This document shows positions 1-12,559 of a stretch of DNA of 64,000 bases, piece by piece. A program made the position numbers and the translations under genes. Each line of letters starts with the position of its first letter. Within the stretch, counting starts at the first letter, position 1. The notes beneath the pieces were generated by a model. It saw nothing but the letters and a program-made list of their open reading frames with translations, was not told where the DNA came from and ran no database searches. Where the stretch lies: the NCBI GenBank assembly GCA_030704615.1, contig CM060732.1, forward strand, positions 65,968,001 through 66,032,000. The letters run 5' to 3'. Origin of the DNA: Takakia lepidozioides. Its lineage: Eukaryota; Plantae; Bryophyta.

Positions 1-163
1 TCAAGACTTGAAGTGGATTAGTAATAAGAAAGCCCCTAGTTTGGAGTGTATTACTGTTTAGATGTTCATGATGCTTATGCTCAGCGCCTACATACTCTTC
101 TTTTGATGTCTAGTTCACTACTACGAGATTTTTATGGCCAATTCTCCACAACAAATACTGCAG

Positions 164-454
164 GTGGCAGATGATTTTGCTACGGCTGGCCCCCCTATGC
201 CAGCACGAGACCCACGCCTAATGACCCAGGAAGAGAAAGACAGGGGTTTGGGTTCAGTTTTTAAGCGTGATGACCAGCAGCTGCAACAGCGGCGTGAACG
301 CGATTCTCGTGAAAAGGACCCCAACTTCATATCCGAGAGCTACTCGGAGTGCTATCCGGGCTACCAAGAATATAATCGTGAAATTGTGGACAGCGATGAG
401 GATGAGGATTTGACCAAAATGGATATGGGTGGCCGAGTAAGGATTTCTTTTCCC

Positions 455-497
<43 letters not shown>

Positions 498-1361
498 AAA
501 CTCAGGGGTGAGTTTGGCATCCCGTCCTTAAGCTCCCAACAAGATGAATTCAAGGTCAGATGGTGGGGTCAGCTGCAACATATGTCCAACACCAGATATC
601 CTAAGTTAATCGACTCTATATCTTGGAAACAGGACCGCCCTGTCAAACAGGCTAAGTCCTGGCAGAAGAGAGTAGAAGAGATCTAGAGGGTATCTAGAAA
701 ACTTGGATTAATTGTCTGTTTCAAGGTAAGTCATACTACCGGCGTCAGCCACTGACAAAGGTAGTTTCTGTCCCTTGGTGTTCCGCTCATACTTTTGAGT
801 ATGATGCACAGCCCTGAAATTAACTACCCACTCCGCAGGGCGCTGGGTTAGCATTTTCACTGTTTGCTGAATGTTGCTTTCTGTCTGTCTTTCTCTTATT
901 TTCTCTCGTGCTAAGTTGCTTGAGACAGTCTAGACCATACTTATCGCATGTGACCTCCATACTCGGGCTATACTTGGGCAACTGTTTGGTATCTGGAGGA
1001 TGAAGACCCTTTTCCACCCTGTAGGACCCTACCCTGGAGTGTTAGACATATATGAACATCAATCTATTTCATGCAGGCAAAAGGGCGGCTCCATCGGTGG
1101 GATTTTGAGACAGAGGATGAGTGGGCCAAGTACAACGAGCAAAAGGAAGCCATGCCCAAGGCAGCATTTCAATTTGGAGTCAAAATGCAAGATGGTCGCA
1201 AAACAAGGAAGCAAAACAAAGACCAAAAGCTCAATAATGAGCTTCATAAGATAAACAAGATATTGGACCGCAAGAAGAAGGACAAGGCAGGTGGTGGGTA
1301 CGGTGAAGATGGTGGCGGCCATGATGATGATGTGCATCCTGGCAAGCGTGCGCGTACGTAA
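164..1361 (+). CDS. SMU2: 3' part of RED-family (IK/SMU2) splicing factor; last two exons ~164-436 and 1077-1361; the gene starts upstream of the window
   Basis: Translation shows REKDPNFISESYSECYPGYQEY...DSDEDEDLTKMDMGGR|AKGRLHRWDFETEDEWAKYNEQKEAMPKAAFQFGVKMQDGRKTRK, the RED C-terminal domain. GT donor at 437, CAG acceptor ending at 1076, stop at 1361. Confidence 0.9.
458..495 (+). repeat. (CT)n microsatellite in the intron
   Basis: About 19 CT units directly visible. Confidence 0.95.
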
Positions 1362-2574
1362 TTCCAGTCACTAGAGAAATTATTTTCCTACAGAAGTTTT
1401 TTCTTCCTCCTATTTTCTGGGAACAGTCAGGCATCTTGCATTGCTTTGACACTTTGCACACGCACAGGAGTGGATCATGTACATTACCATATCTTGCTCA
1501 GAACATCTCCCACCTTGGACTCTGGTATGATTTAAGAAGAGGAACTCGAGAGTATCAATGCGAGACCCCTGTTTTGGTTCATAGTTCGCTATTACAGCCT
1601 GGCCAATTGATAAATAGTAGTTTGCGATAATGGGGATGGCACAATTAAAGATGCTGAGTGGTAACAGTCTAGTGCCTTGCAATTGTCCAGGACCAATTTG
1701 CCTGTCTTTCTCAGGACAGATGTTTTGGGATCTTTGGCCCACAAGCCACCTAATACCTTCTTTCCATGCAGTGTCAAGGAACACTGGATTCAAGTTAAAG
1801 CTAGGTACAAGTAAAGTTATATAAACATTAATTTACTTGAATGATCTTAATTGGCAGAGCACATTAATAAGGTCTCGAGGGTTAACCAACACCACCTCTT
1901 GTAACATGACTGCTAGCTAAGCAGTTGGCCAAAATGTGTATGGCCCTTGTTGTCTGTCACGTCTGTTGTGTTGTGAGCTGATTTGGGGAGAGGGAGACCA
2001 TGGACTTCTGTACACATCCAACTTCGGAAAGGAGAAGATTGAGAAAGAAGGAGAGTGTGATGACAATGTGGGTTTCCAAGAAGTGGTGGACGAGTGTGAT
2101 GACCCTATACAAATGTGTAAGAGCATCTCCAGCGTTGTGCGGTGAAGTGGCCGCCGAGGGGTATGGGGGTATGAGGAGACAAACAAATTTGTCATCCCCA
2201 TTGGTGGGCCGGCACAGTATTTTTTTGCAGGCCCCAGCAGAAACAGCAAGCAACCGATTAATTAAATTATTTATACCTGGGTCGGTAATAGATATTACAA
2301 TTGGAATACAACTGTTTTTTTTTTCTTAAAACAACAACAACTGGTTGATAACTGTCGGCAAGTTGAAAATCCTGCATCTATGGAGAACCGACGGATATTA
2401 AAATTTTGTGAGTATTTGAATACTATAACCGGCTCGAATTGAAAAGTAAAAATATTTCAAACCAGGACCCGGCTGGTATTAAAAAAATAATACCCGTCCA
2501 ACACTAGTGGACACCTTTATGACAACCAACATGTAGTGTTAACCCACAACCACTACTGCTACTGGGCTAAGTCA

Positions 2575-2686
2575 TTTATTTATTTATTTTTCATAAAAGG
2601 GAAACACCTGGGAGCGACAGTTCACAAATCAAGCCCCTTAAGTACATAGTGAGAGGAGAAAATAACCTCTTTCACAGTAACCTCGA
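2575..2686 (-). mobile_element. 5'-truncated SINE copy (same family as 57256-57498)
   Basis: Reverse complement reads cgaggttactgtgaaagaggttattttctcctct...ggggcttgatttgtgaactgtcgctcccaggtgtttcccttt plus an A-rich tail, matching ~57394-57480. Confidence 0.75.
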
Positions 2687-3978
2687 GTCGAATGTGTGTG
2701 GCAATTCTGCAACAAACTAAGATTAGTGACTAGGGTTTTAGTAGGGTTCTAAGAAGACTACTTGTATTAACAGTAATTTACAAAATTATTGGTAAGACAT
2801 CCATGTATGTGGTGTTCTTGGTGGTCTTGTTCACAATCTACAAACCTAGCTCTCAAGCACGACAAGTCCCTCATTAGATCAAAAAACAGAGCCTACATTG
2901 TGTCTAATCACCATCCCCTAGTACAAGTATCAAGTATCGTCTGTGGTGGCCCAAGGGACATCTGTAAGCTTTCTAAAAATCCTGTCGACACACCCAACAA
3001 CGCAAGTATATTTCTAGAAACAAAATATGTTTTTTTGCACAAACAAATTACTACAATTTAGGGAACTTTATTGTATCTAAGTACTGTAAATCCTATTAGT
3101 AATGTACTGTAATTTTTTACATTTCTTTCTCCCTTCCATGAACTAGGTAGTTAGTACCATAAACCCTACGGCATAATTATACCATCCTAAATCTTTTTGT
3201 TTATGACATAATTTCTTTCAGCCAACTTTGAGTTATATATAACAACTGAACTTAGTTCCTCTGAACCTCTTAGAACCTTTGTTCCCCTTTTGGTTATTAT
3301 TATTATTATTATTATTTTAAAACTTGGTACTCATGTTGATGGATCAATGGTATCTTTATATATTGAAACTTTATATATTACTAAAGCGAAACAGAATAAC
3401 ATCAGTCCATCCGAGTCTCTCTAAATAGCACCCTACCGCATGAAGTCAACCATGTACGAGCTCTCCTCGAAGTAAAAGCCACCTGTATGATCTCAATGTC
3501 GTCTATAGGAGAAAGATGCACCACAGGTGCTTGTCATCCGACCCTAGGGATAACAGCTGGGCCAGGGATGCAAACAGGGCCGATGACTATGTCATAGTCA
3601 TGACAATCATGATTTGACACCGGATAGAGATTGTTCTGACAAAATTCCCTCTACTCCGAGCCAGCGTCCTTAAACCAATGAACAAAAAATGGATCCTCCT
3701 GGCCTAGTGGAGGTATGTCACCATGAATGATATCTACAAGTACTTGGAAAACAAGTACAATATATTGTGTCACCAGTGCACTCACGAGGATGGTTATGCA
3801 GCGGATGCTCAAAACCATGTCGCAATGAGCTTCTCAGGTAGAACGCTGGCTGAAGAGCAAACTCACTCCTTGTACGAGAGGGATAAACCCCCGCAATACA
3901 AAAACTCTCCCAAGACACACTCCGAAAGCCATGATAAAGGGTAACAAATGAAGACACAGATGAGAAAGGATCATACGC

Positions 3979-4542
3979 TCACAAATGATAGGTAGCTACG
4001 ACATCATGCGAGCTAAATAGTGCGGATCGCTCACGAATCTTGATCCCCCACCGAGGAGTCCTCTTCACTGGCATAATAAACGCAGGAAGAGGCACATCCA
4101 AACAGTGTATCTCAGGAAAAAACCTGTCAGAGGCCCTCAAACCCCAATCACCACCGCCACGCCAACCTGCCCCTCTACCCTGTCGCCCCCGCTCTAACCC
4201 TCGAGTGCCAGGATAGGATGATCCTCTCTGACTATGGCTGACATGAGATCTAGACTGGGTCCGATGCGCCACTAGAGTCCACCCGTCATAATCGCCACCA
4301 AGTGGACGTCTGGAGCTAACCAACAAGCTGCAAAACAAAGCCTCCACATCTGCTAGAATCCTAAGGCCTAATACACCAAAACCATCACATACGAAATAGT
4401 CCACCCCAAGAGCAGACTCCTGCACATCTTTTTGCATTTGCATGACATCTCTCACGACAGTTTCTAAAAAAAACCTCTGCAAAAATGCACTCAGATCCGT
4501 CTCACAGGTGCTGACTGACTCTGCATCAGCGTCTAGCATCAA
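3979..4542 (-). other. 187-codon ORF of unknown function, probably a transposon-associated remnant
   Basis: Open frame with an RGG-rich stretch, lying near a DUF7869-type transposase relic. No family recognised. Confidence 0.25.
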
Positions 4543-4898
4543 GTCCTGCTCAATAAACTGAAACGTTGTATAAGATGGAGGGGGATCATCTACCGGAGTG
4601 TAGTAATCCTAAGACACATAGTCTTTCTCATCAAACCCTCCCTGTACATCCTCCTCCAATGGAAGCCCCAGAGACACAGGCATCTGTAGAAAGTCAGGGA
4701 GGATTAGCAGCTGATTGTTGACAAATGAGATCCAAGAATACCTTTCACTTTTAAGCTCCTCCCCCCTGGCTACACATGAGTGTCATAGAAAGCCCTTATG
4801 ACTTCAAGCATTCCAGCAAACCACAAATATAAGATAATTGGAAGAAGTTGTAGCTTTAGATGCAACAAAAATATCTCTCTACATAGAGGAAAAGACAT

Positions 4899-5712
4899 AC
4901 CGGAGGGGGGCCTATACTCATGTTCATGTTCGTTCCATAACCATCCAGTACAGATGTAGCACTGTCGCTAGGACCTGCATGTAATCCCTATCCAATTAAT
5001 TTTTGCTACAAAATATTTTCAAAGACTGTGATTTGGCATCCCTGGGGTTCTGCACGATCCTAGACACGAAGACACTGAGTAAAAAAGAACATGGTTAACA
5101 TAGACTATTCTGATGGAAACAAATGTTGTTCAAATTTAAGGAATAATCTACCTCCACCAATAAAAGTCCCTGGAGGAGCATAAGATGATGGCCTAGGGAT
5201 AGGATTGTAGGTTGTTGTGCTGTTCATAGATGCACCGTAATCATATGGGACAGTCGTTGACGCTGGTGCTACGGCAAGAAAAGCCCCATAGCTAGAAGGC
5301 AGTCCTAGTGACGGAGGTGGAGGAGCCCTTGGGCCACCCATGTACATTGGTGCACGTGCATGCTCGTATATTGGCAGCCCTATTGGCCCTCCAACACCGA
5401 GCTCTGCATCAGAAAGCACCCAAATTAATGGGAAACATGTTGATGAAGCAAGAAACCTGATCAACCTACCATGATCTTGTCGAAGCACCTACAACTGGAT
5501 AGCATGTAGACAACGTACAATACAAAGGCTACTAGTATACCACAACGTCATAACTAATAAAGGGAAATTGAGGACTTCCATACCAACGCCTGTACCTGAG
5601 AAGACTCAAGTAGCTTCAGTGTTGCATATTTCGCTATGTTGCAAGCGATTCTAAAAGCAAAGTTCAAGTTGCCACACTGAGGATAGGTCCAATCCCCTTC
5701 CCCCCAACCAGC
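4899..5712 (-). pseudogene. Degenerate intron-containing fragment of a RanBP2-type zinc-finger gene (exons ~5590-5712, ~5152-5403, ~4899-4974)
   Basis: Minus strand reads EGDWTYPQCGNLNFAFRIACN (consensus GDWxCxxCGNxNFAxRxxCN, first Cys changed to Tyr). It is followed by Pro/Gly/Tyr-rich exons (MYMGGPRAPPPPSLG...YDYG) bounded by AG/GT. Confidence 0.65.
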
Positions 5713-6489
5713 TACCAGCAAAAGTGAGGTTGTCGTTTCAACAGTAAAACATTAACTGGTGAACAACATTCCAGAGTGTAGTAGATGGTGTAAATGGCTG
5801 GAAATATACAATATTAAAATTAGCATGTGAAAACCTTGTGATCTAAGCAAAGGCTACATAATGCTACTCTACTACTCACTGAGAGTACTTACTATCTGTG
5901 TGTGGTTCCCCTGCTCCCCGAAAGTCCACCTAGTCAATTTCAAGGCAAGATCATGTAAAAATTAGCTATGTAAAGGAAAGCTGCTCTGTATACCTTGCAT
6001 CCTACCTTGTAGTTCAAACCGCAGTCAAGGTGTACAAGGACATGACTAAGCTCACTAAAGTCTAGAAGAATACCAGCTGAAGAGTCATGTGGATTACCAT
6101 AGAATAGATCAGAAGATTGAGACACCTTGAGATCGGTGTGGCTATCTACTCTGGCCTCCAAATCCCTACTACAACTTGTAAGAATGTACTCATAAGACGT
6201 TGTTTGCTGTAGCATTGTCCATAGACCCCGCACCCAGTTTGGGCGGAACAAAAAAGACCACAAACTACCCTTGTGAGGGGCTCACTTCGTTAGTGTGACT
6301 TACCTTGGTATAAAACCTTAGTCCGGGTTTTCCAAATATCCTCTAGAAAGCCCTTCACACAAACATCAATCTGTTGTGTGTGAGCAGCCCAAAAGTTAGA
6401 CCCCAAAAGGGCCAGGGCTTTAGGCTCAGCCTCAAGATTTTGATCCAAAAGTCAGTCAACGGAACTGAAGGAGTAGAAAAAGCACAAGA

Positions 6490-6960
6490 AATTTTTTGAA
6501 AGACATTTGAAGCATCAAGAGTCATGTCGCAGGTTTTACCATAGTTGGCAGAATAAATCAACGATGATGGGTGATGAGTTTCTGTATATTATTCACAATA
6601 AGATGGATCACTCGAAGACTGCGCCCCGGCTCCTCGTAATAAACAATATAATATTTGGTCTAGGTCAACTATATATATCCCTAAAATGTTAAAGAACCTT
6701 TATCTTATCTTATCTTACCTTATATCCCTAACAGGTATGGTGACTCATGGCCATGGGGACGGTGCTTATACTTAGTTCTCGAACGAATTCTGGTCAAATG
6801 ATCCAAACTTTATGATTGGCTCCTTGGCTTGTTGTCTTTGTGCACTTGAAAAGCCCACATGTCGAGAGTCCAGAGAGATTTTCGATACTCCAATGCAGAA
6901 CTCATTTTGCGAAACTATAATGAGGAAAAGTCTCGATGTGAGAGAGCATTGAAGCTGTTT
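6490..6960 (+). pseudogene. DUF7869-like (DDE-type) DNA transposase remnant
   Basis: HQESCRRFYHSW...EFLYIIHNKMDHSKT and GMVTHGHGDGAY*FSNEFWSNDPNFMIGSL resemble the motifs IIHDKMDHSKT and GMIAHGHGD...DSNFTIGS that I recall from bryophyte DUF7869 proteins. Contains stops and frameshifts. Confidence 0.6.
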
Positions 6961-7280
6961 CTTCTTTCCACTAATACTATATACTTAGGCCCTGGCCGCA
7001 CTGCTTGATTTAGCCTTGGCTAAATGGAGTTTAGTCACGGCTATGTCTATGTATAACAAGTATTTATTTATAATAAGTAGCTATAAATTTGTTAAGGGAA
7101 GGAAATACTGCATATCTATAAGCCTACATACAAATTACTAAGTTCCAATTCAACATATTATTTGTCTTTAGTAACTAGTACCCTAGCCCATTCATGTCGG
7201 ACATTGATACCTCAAAACAAAAATAAAACTAGGTAGAATTCGTTTTAAAGGCTAAGAAAATATGTTTAGCATAGTACAAC

Positions 7281-7650
7281 TGTTGGAAATCAACTCCTGA
7301 CCAAGTTACTACTACCTAGAGTTACTGTGATGACAAGTCAGGCTTCCATAATAGCAACAAGTCACAGTTAACAATAGAGATAAGCCTCAATTAGCTAAAA
7401 GATAGCTAAAGTTAGCTTCAGTTATTAGTGACTTGAGTCATTGTACCATAATAGCATATGAAGATAATTTAAGTAAAAGCATGGAGTTATGCTATAGTTA
7501 TCTCAGCTATTTCTGGATTAGACTTTGAGTATAAATAGGGAGAGCTCGGAGGATGGACACACAGCTTGTTGTGGTCCTATGGTTGGGTTGGGTGGAGAGT
7601 TTTCAGTAATCAGTTCATCTTTTATCTCTATTCTCTGTCGAATTCCAACA
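7281..7650 (+). repeat. Copia 5' LTR
   Basis: tgttggaaatcaactcc...gaattccaaca, repeated at 22569-22961. Confidence 0.95.
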
Positions 7651-7814
7651 TGGTTTCAGAGCTTGGTTATGTCTGAGAGATAGAAGGAGATGAGTATTTG
7701 ATTTATAACCAATAGGCTTGAGTGCTTGGTGTCAGATTTGAAAAGCTTGAGTTCTTGGAGTTAGATCTGAAAGTTTGAGGGTGTTTTATAGTTGGCAAAA
7801 CATCAAACTAGCAT

Positions 7815-9641
7815 CATGGCACCTTCTGCTGATCATACCCGAGTGGAGAAGTTAGATGGTCACAATTTTCATACATGGAAGATTAAGATGGGTTCATTCT
7901 TCATGAGAAAGATCTGTGGGAGATCACATCAGGAGAAGCGGTTGCACCAGTTCAACTACAGCCTTAAGATGGAGAGATCACAGCCGCAGGGTTGACTCCT
8001 GAGCAACAACTTTTTGCGAAGAAAGAGATGCATGGTTCATTGATTCAGGGGCATCTCAGCACATGATGTTCCAGAAGGAAGTATTCTCAACCTTCAAAGA
8101 ACTCTCTATGGGACAAAAGGTGTATCTTGGAGACAGCAGTAATAGTCTTGATATCCATATAAAAGATACTGTTGTGTTTCAATTATCATCTGGAATGTCG
8201 AAGGAGATCGGAGGAGTTCTCTTTGTTCATGGATTGACAAAGAACCTATTGTCAGTTAGTCAGCTAACTGAGCACGGTCTTACGGTTGAATTTTCTACCA
8301 ATCATTGCTGGGTGAAGTTTGGCAGTGAAGTGATAGCCGAGGCAGTAAAAGATGCAAGATTGTACAAGCTGGTTGGGGTTGTCCAGGCTTTACATGCGGA
8401 GTGTACTACTACGCTCAAGCAGAGTGACCTCTGGCATCAAAGACTTGGACATGTCTCAATGCAAAGTTTTGCATGCATGTCAGCTAACAATCTGGTTAAG
8501 GGCATGGATCTTACAGGAGATCGGATCTTGAGTTTTTGTGACGGATGTGTGTACAGTAAACACCATTGCAATTCATTTTCCAAAGAATGGAGGTTCTCAA
8601 ACAAATAAGGTTCTTGAGCTGGTTCATACAGATCTATGCGGTCCTATGTCAACTGAATCTCATGGAGGTGCAAAGTATTTCTTGACCTTCATTGTTGATT
8701 TTTCCAGGAAAATATTTCTCTACACGATGCAAACAAGTTTGGAGTCTTGATAGATTCAAGGCATTCATTGAAGCTTTGGTGGAGAATCAAACTGGAGAAA
8801 AGATCAAAGCTCTTCGGTGTGATGGTGGTGGTGAGTACATCTCAAAGAATTTTAACCGGTTCTCCAGTAAGAATGGTATTGTGAAACAATCAACCACACC
8901 ACATACGCCAGAACAGAATGGAGTTGTAGAGATGAAGAATCTAACACTTGTTGAGAGTGTGAGGTGTATGTTGCAACATATGAGGTTGGACCACCATTTC
9001 TGGACAGAAGCAGTGGCGACTGCAACATACCTCCAGAATCGACTTCCTACTAAGGCAATCTCTACAAAGACACCTGAAGAGGTTTGGAAGGGTGAGAAAC
9101 CTTCAGTTGATCATTTGCGCGTCTTTGGGTGTGTTGCATTTGCCCATGTTCCAAAAGAAGTAAGGAAGAAATTGGATGCAAAAGCAATCAAGTGTATCTT
9201 CATTGGTTATTGTGAAGAAACCAAATGGTATAAGTTATATAATCCTGAGAGCAAGTATGTGATCATCAGTCGTGATGTGATATTCAATGAGTCCAGGAAC
9301 TTTCATCGAGAAACAGTAGTTCCAAGTTTGGACCATGAAAAAAGGAACTTGGCTTTCACACATGAAGATAAAATGGAAGAGAAGATTGTTGAAGAGATAG
9401 TTGAGGTTCAAATGGAAGAGGTACAATCTACTATGATTGAAAAACCTTCAAATGTATCTTCTGCCTATTTCATTGACATTGATGAACCTCAAAGTGTATC
9501 AGATGCAATGAGGAGTGATAACTCTTCATACTGGAAGGAAGCTATGACATCTGAGTCTCTCCAGGATAATAAGACTTGAAGTCTTGTTCAACTTCCATCT
9601 GGATGACAGTCTGTTGGCTGCAAATGGATTTTCAAGGTTAA
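7815..9641 (+). pseudogene. Copia gag N-terminus (core deleted), protease, integrase and start of RT
   Basis: EKLDGHNFHTWKIKM; WFIDSGASQHM; LWHQRLGH...CDGC; LELVHTDLCGP; LRCDGGGEY; PEQNGV; ends at VGCKWIFKVK at the gypsy insertion site. Multiple frameshifts. Confidence 0.92.
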
Positions 9642-10241
9642 TGTCACGGACATAGCCTAGAGGAACTTACCATGAATAAATACCAGAAATTACCAAGTTA
9701 CCAAGTTACCAAAAGTTACCATGACTTATCGTGATTTACCGTGACCTACATGATTTACCATTACTTACCAAATTATCGGGAGTTTATCAAATTACCAAGA
9801 GTAACTTGGGAAACTGCTCAAGAAGCTTCCTTTGGAGGAAACTTCTCCATCAAGATACCTCATTTGTTTAAAGAAGCTTCTCCATCAAGAAACCTTTGTT
9901 TAATCTTCGAAACTTCTCCAGCAAGAAACCACCATAAGGAAAGCTTCTTAGGGAAGCTTCTTAGTAGCCAGTATATATAGGAGGCGAGACTGGACACTCT
10001 TCAGTCTCGCCAACACAAGTTCAAGCTACTCTTGTTTCCAGTACTCTAGCCCTACTCTAGTCGAGTTTCCAGCATTCCAGTATTCAAGTCGTGTTTCAAT
10101 GTCTTGTTCATTGTTATAAAGATCGTCTTGATTCATATTTACTCATCATGCATTCGGCCACGCCGACCTTGATTTCTTGTCTAGTCGTGTACCTCTAGTC
10201 TGATCTCTTGTTTGTGTTCAGTCATGTTCTCGTCCTTGACA
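9642..10241 (+). repeat. 5' LTR of Tcn1-like gypsy chromovirus
   Basis: tgtcacggacatagc...gtccttgaca, with an inverted copy at 11298-11935. TATA box at ~9972. Preceded by TSD GTTAA. Confidence 0.92.
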
Positions 10242-10279
10242 ATTTGGTGAGACTAAAGTTTGTTCCTTAGTTAGTTAAG

Positions 10280-11137
10280 ATGGAAGGCACATTTGCAGAA
10301 ATGGTCGCCACATTGCAGAGTCTTCAGCTCCAGATGCAAGAACTTTGTACCTCTACCGCCCAATCGCAAGCTGATCAGTCTCAAGATCTTGTCAACGCTC
10401 TCCACAATTTGCAACAACAAATTTCAAAGTTAAAAGAGTCGAACAACGGATCTTCAACCGAGTCCCTACTGCAACAGCTCATACTGCAACGATTCCTCTT
10501 CAACAGATTATGAGAGAACCAAAGATCAGCATGCCCGAGAAATTTGATGGGACGAGATCAAAATTTCGCGGTTTTGCTTAAGAAGTACGACTGTTCCTAC
10601 GACTACATCTACAACGCTACCTCGATGAAGGTATTCAAGTGGGATTCGTGGGTACCCTTCTATCAGGCACTGCCCTATCTTGGTTTGCACCGTTAATAGA
10701 AAAAAATTCGTATTTACTATATAGTTTTGAAGCATTCATGTCCGAGTTCACTATAATGTTTGGAGAGAATGATAGAGAGAGAGTTGCAGAGACAAAGATG
10801 CGAAATCTTCGACAATGAGCACATCCTGCTTCCGTTTATGCTGCCGAATTTTTGACAACTTGCGTGCGACCTCGACTGGAATGAGAAGAGCCTCATTAGT
10901 CAGTTTCGATGTGGGCTAAAAGATGATGTAAAAGATTTGTTGCTGACAATGCCAAACGTGAGTACACTGAGCGAATTCATCACCCAAGTCATTACATGCG
11001 ATAATCGTTTGTTCGAAAGACGTCAAGAGAAGCGATCTGGATGGTCGACGACGCACCATGCTGCTGCTACTACGGCACCAAACACAATGATCCATTAGAC
11101 ATCCGGTAATGATGCTATGTAGATTGATGTTGTTCGA
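10280..11137 (+). pseudogene. Gypsy gag, 5' part, truncated by the inversion breakpoint
   Basis: MEGTFAEMVATLQ...; REPKISMPEKFDGTRSKFRGF; LSGTALSWF; LDWNEKSLISQFRCGLKDDVKD; ends at M*IDVVR. Confidence 0.88.
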
Positions 11138-11297
11138 GATTTTCAACAGCAGCAAACGCTAGAATCACTCGAATTGACTCAATCCGTACAACAGGGGAGA
11201 AAGTTTCATTATAATCAATACCTTCAATTTGCGAAAACCCCTTTGCAACCAAGCACGCTTTGTACCTTGCTACAAAACCATATGCATTGTACTTAGC
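11133..11297 (-). pseudogene. Inverted piece of the copia RT
   Basis: [54 protein letters not shown] fills the gap between KWIFKVK (9641) and QMNVCTAFLNG (21254). Confidence 0.92.
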
Positions 11298-11935
11298 TGT
11301 CAAAGACGAGAACATGACTGAACATAAACAAGAGATCAGACTAGAGGTACAAGACTAGACAAGAAATCAAGGTCGGCGTGGCCGAATGCATGATGAATAA
11401 ATAGGAATCAAGACGAACTTTATAACAATGAACAAGAGTACAAGACATTGAAACACGACTTGAATACTGGAAACTGGACTAAAGTACCAGATACTGGAAA
11501 CTGGGCTAGAGTACTAGGAACTGGACTGGAGTACTGGAAACAAGAGTAACTTGAACTTGTGTTGGTGAGACTGAAAAGTGTCCAGTCTCGCCTCCTATAT
11601 ATATTGGCTACTAATAAGCTTCCATAAGAAGCTTCTCCTATGGAGATTTCTCGCTGGAGAAGTTTCCAAGATTAAACAAAGGTTTCTTGATGGAGAAGCT
11701 TCCTTAAACAAAAGAGGTATCTTGATGGAGAAGTTTCCTCCAAATGAAGCTTCCTGAGCAGTTTCCCAAGTTACTCTTGGTAATTTGGTAAACTCCCAAT
11801 AATTTGGTAAGTAATGGTAAATCATGGTAGGTCATGGATAAATCACGGTAACTTTTGGTAACTTTTGGTAACTTGGTAACTTGATAACTTCTGGTATTTA
11901 CTGCTGATAAGTTTCCTTGGGCTATGTCCGTGACA
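11298..11935 (-). repeat. 3' LTR of the Tcn1-like gypsy element (inverted)
   Basis: Reverse complement of 9642-10241. Purine-rich PPT at 11936-11949 on the minus strand. Flanked by GCTAA on the minus strand (TSD, 1 mismatch to GTTAA). Confidence 0.92.
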
Positions 11936-12559
11936 TCACCCCCTCCTCTAGCGCCGAGTTCCTCGAGGATTGGTAAAATCTTGGACTTGCTTAGAGTTGG
12001 AGAAAATCCAAAATCCGACGAATGGTACTTGCCAAGTATTCGGCTCTTCATTCTTGACTCAAATGATTTATAGGTCCCTACAACCATCGATAGTGTCCAA
12101 CACCATGAACCTGGGACCACGCAATGATTTGAGCATTCTGATTTTCGATGATGCCTTCAAACATGATTTCGTTGCCCTCTAGGTCCAAAGCCTCAACCTC
12201 CAACAGAATTATCAGACTTCGAGTAAGCTCCACTTGCCGTCGTACGGGGTCCAGACGAGGAAGTACGCGTTGCATTGGTGGCCCATCGTCTTGAGAGTGT
12301 CGGCGTGATGTTGAAGGTCGTGAGAGTCGGAACGGCTGATCTGGTAGCTGGGTAAGCGACAACTCCAATGTATCTTGTTCATGTGACTTCATACTGCCAA
12401 TACAAGATGCAAGAGTGTTGAGTGCTGGAAGTGTAGCTATATATATACTGATGTGTGGTGCCCCTCCTCCTTAGCGTGTATACAGTGAATGTGGAGTCTT
12501 CACCTTGAAGCTAACTTGGCTGACATCATCGTTGTAACGTCTTATTGACGTGTAGCTCG

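Noticed and set aside
1917-2329. Cluster of short ORFs downstream of the RED gene
   Set aside because: No recognisable domain or splice structure.
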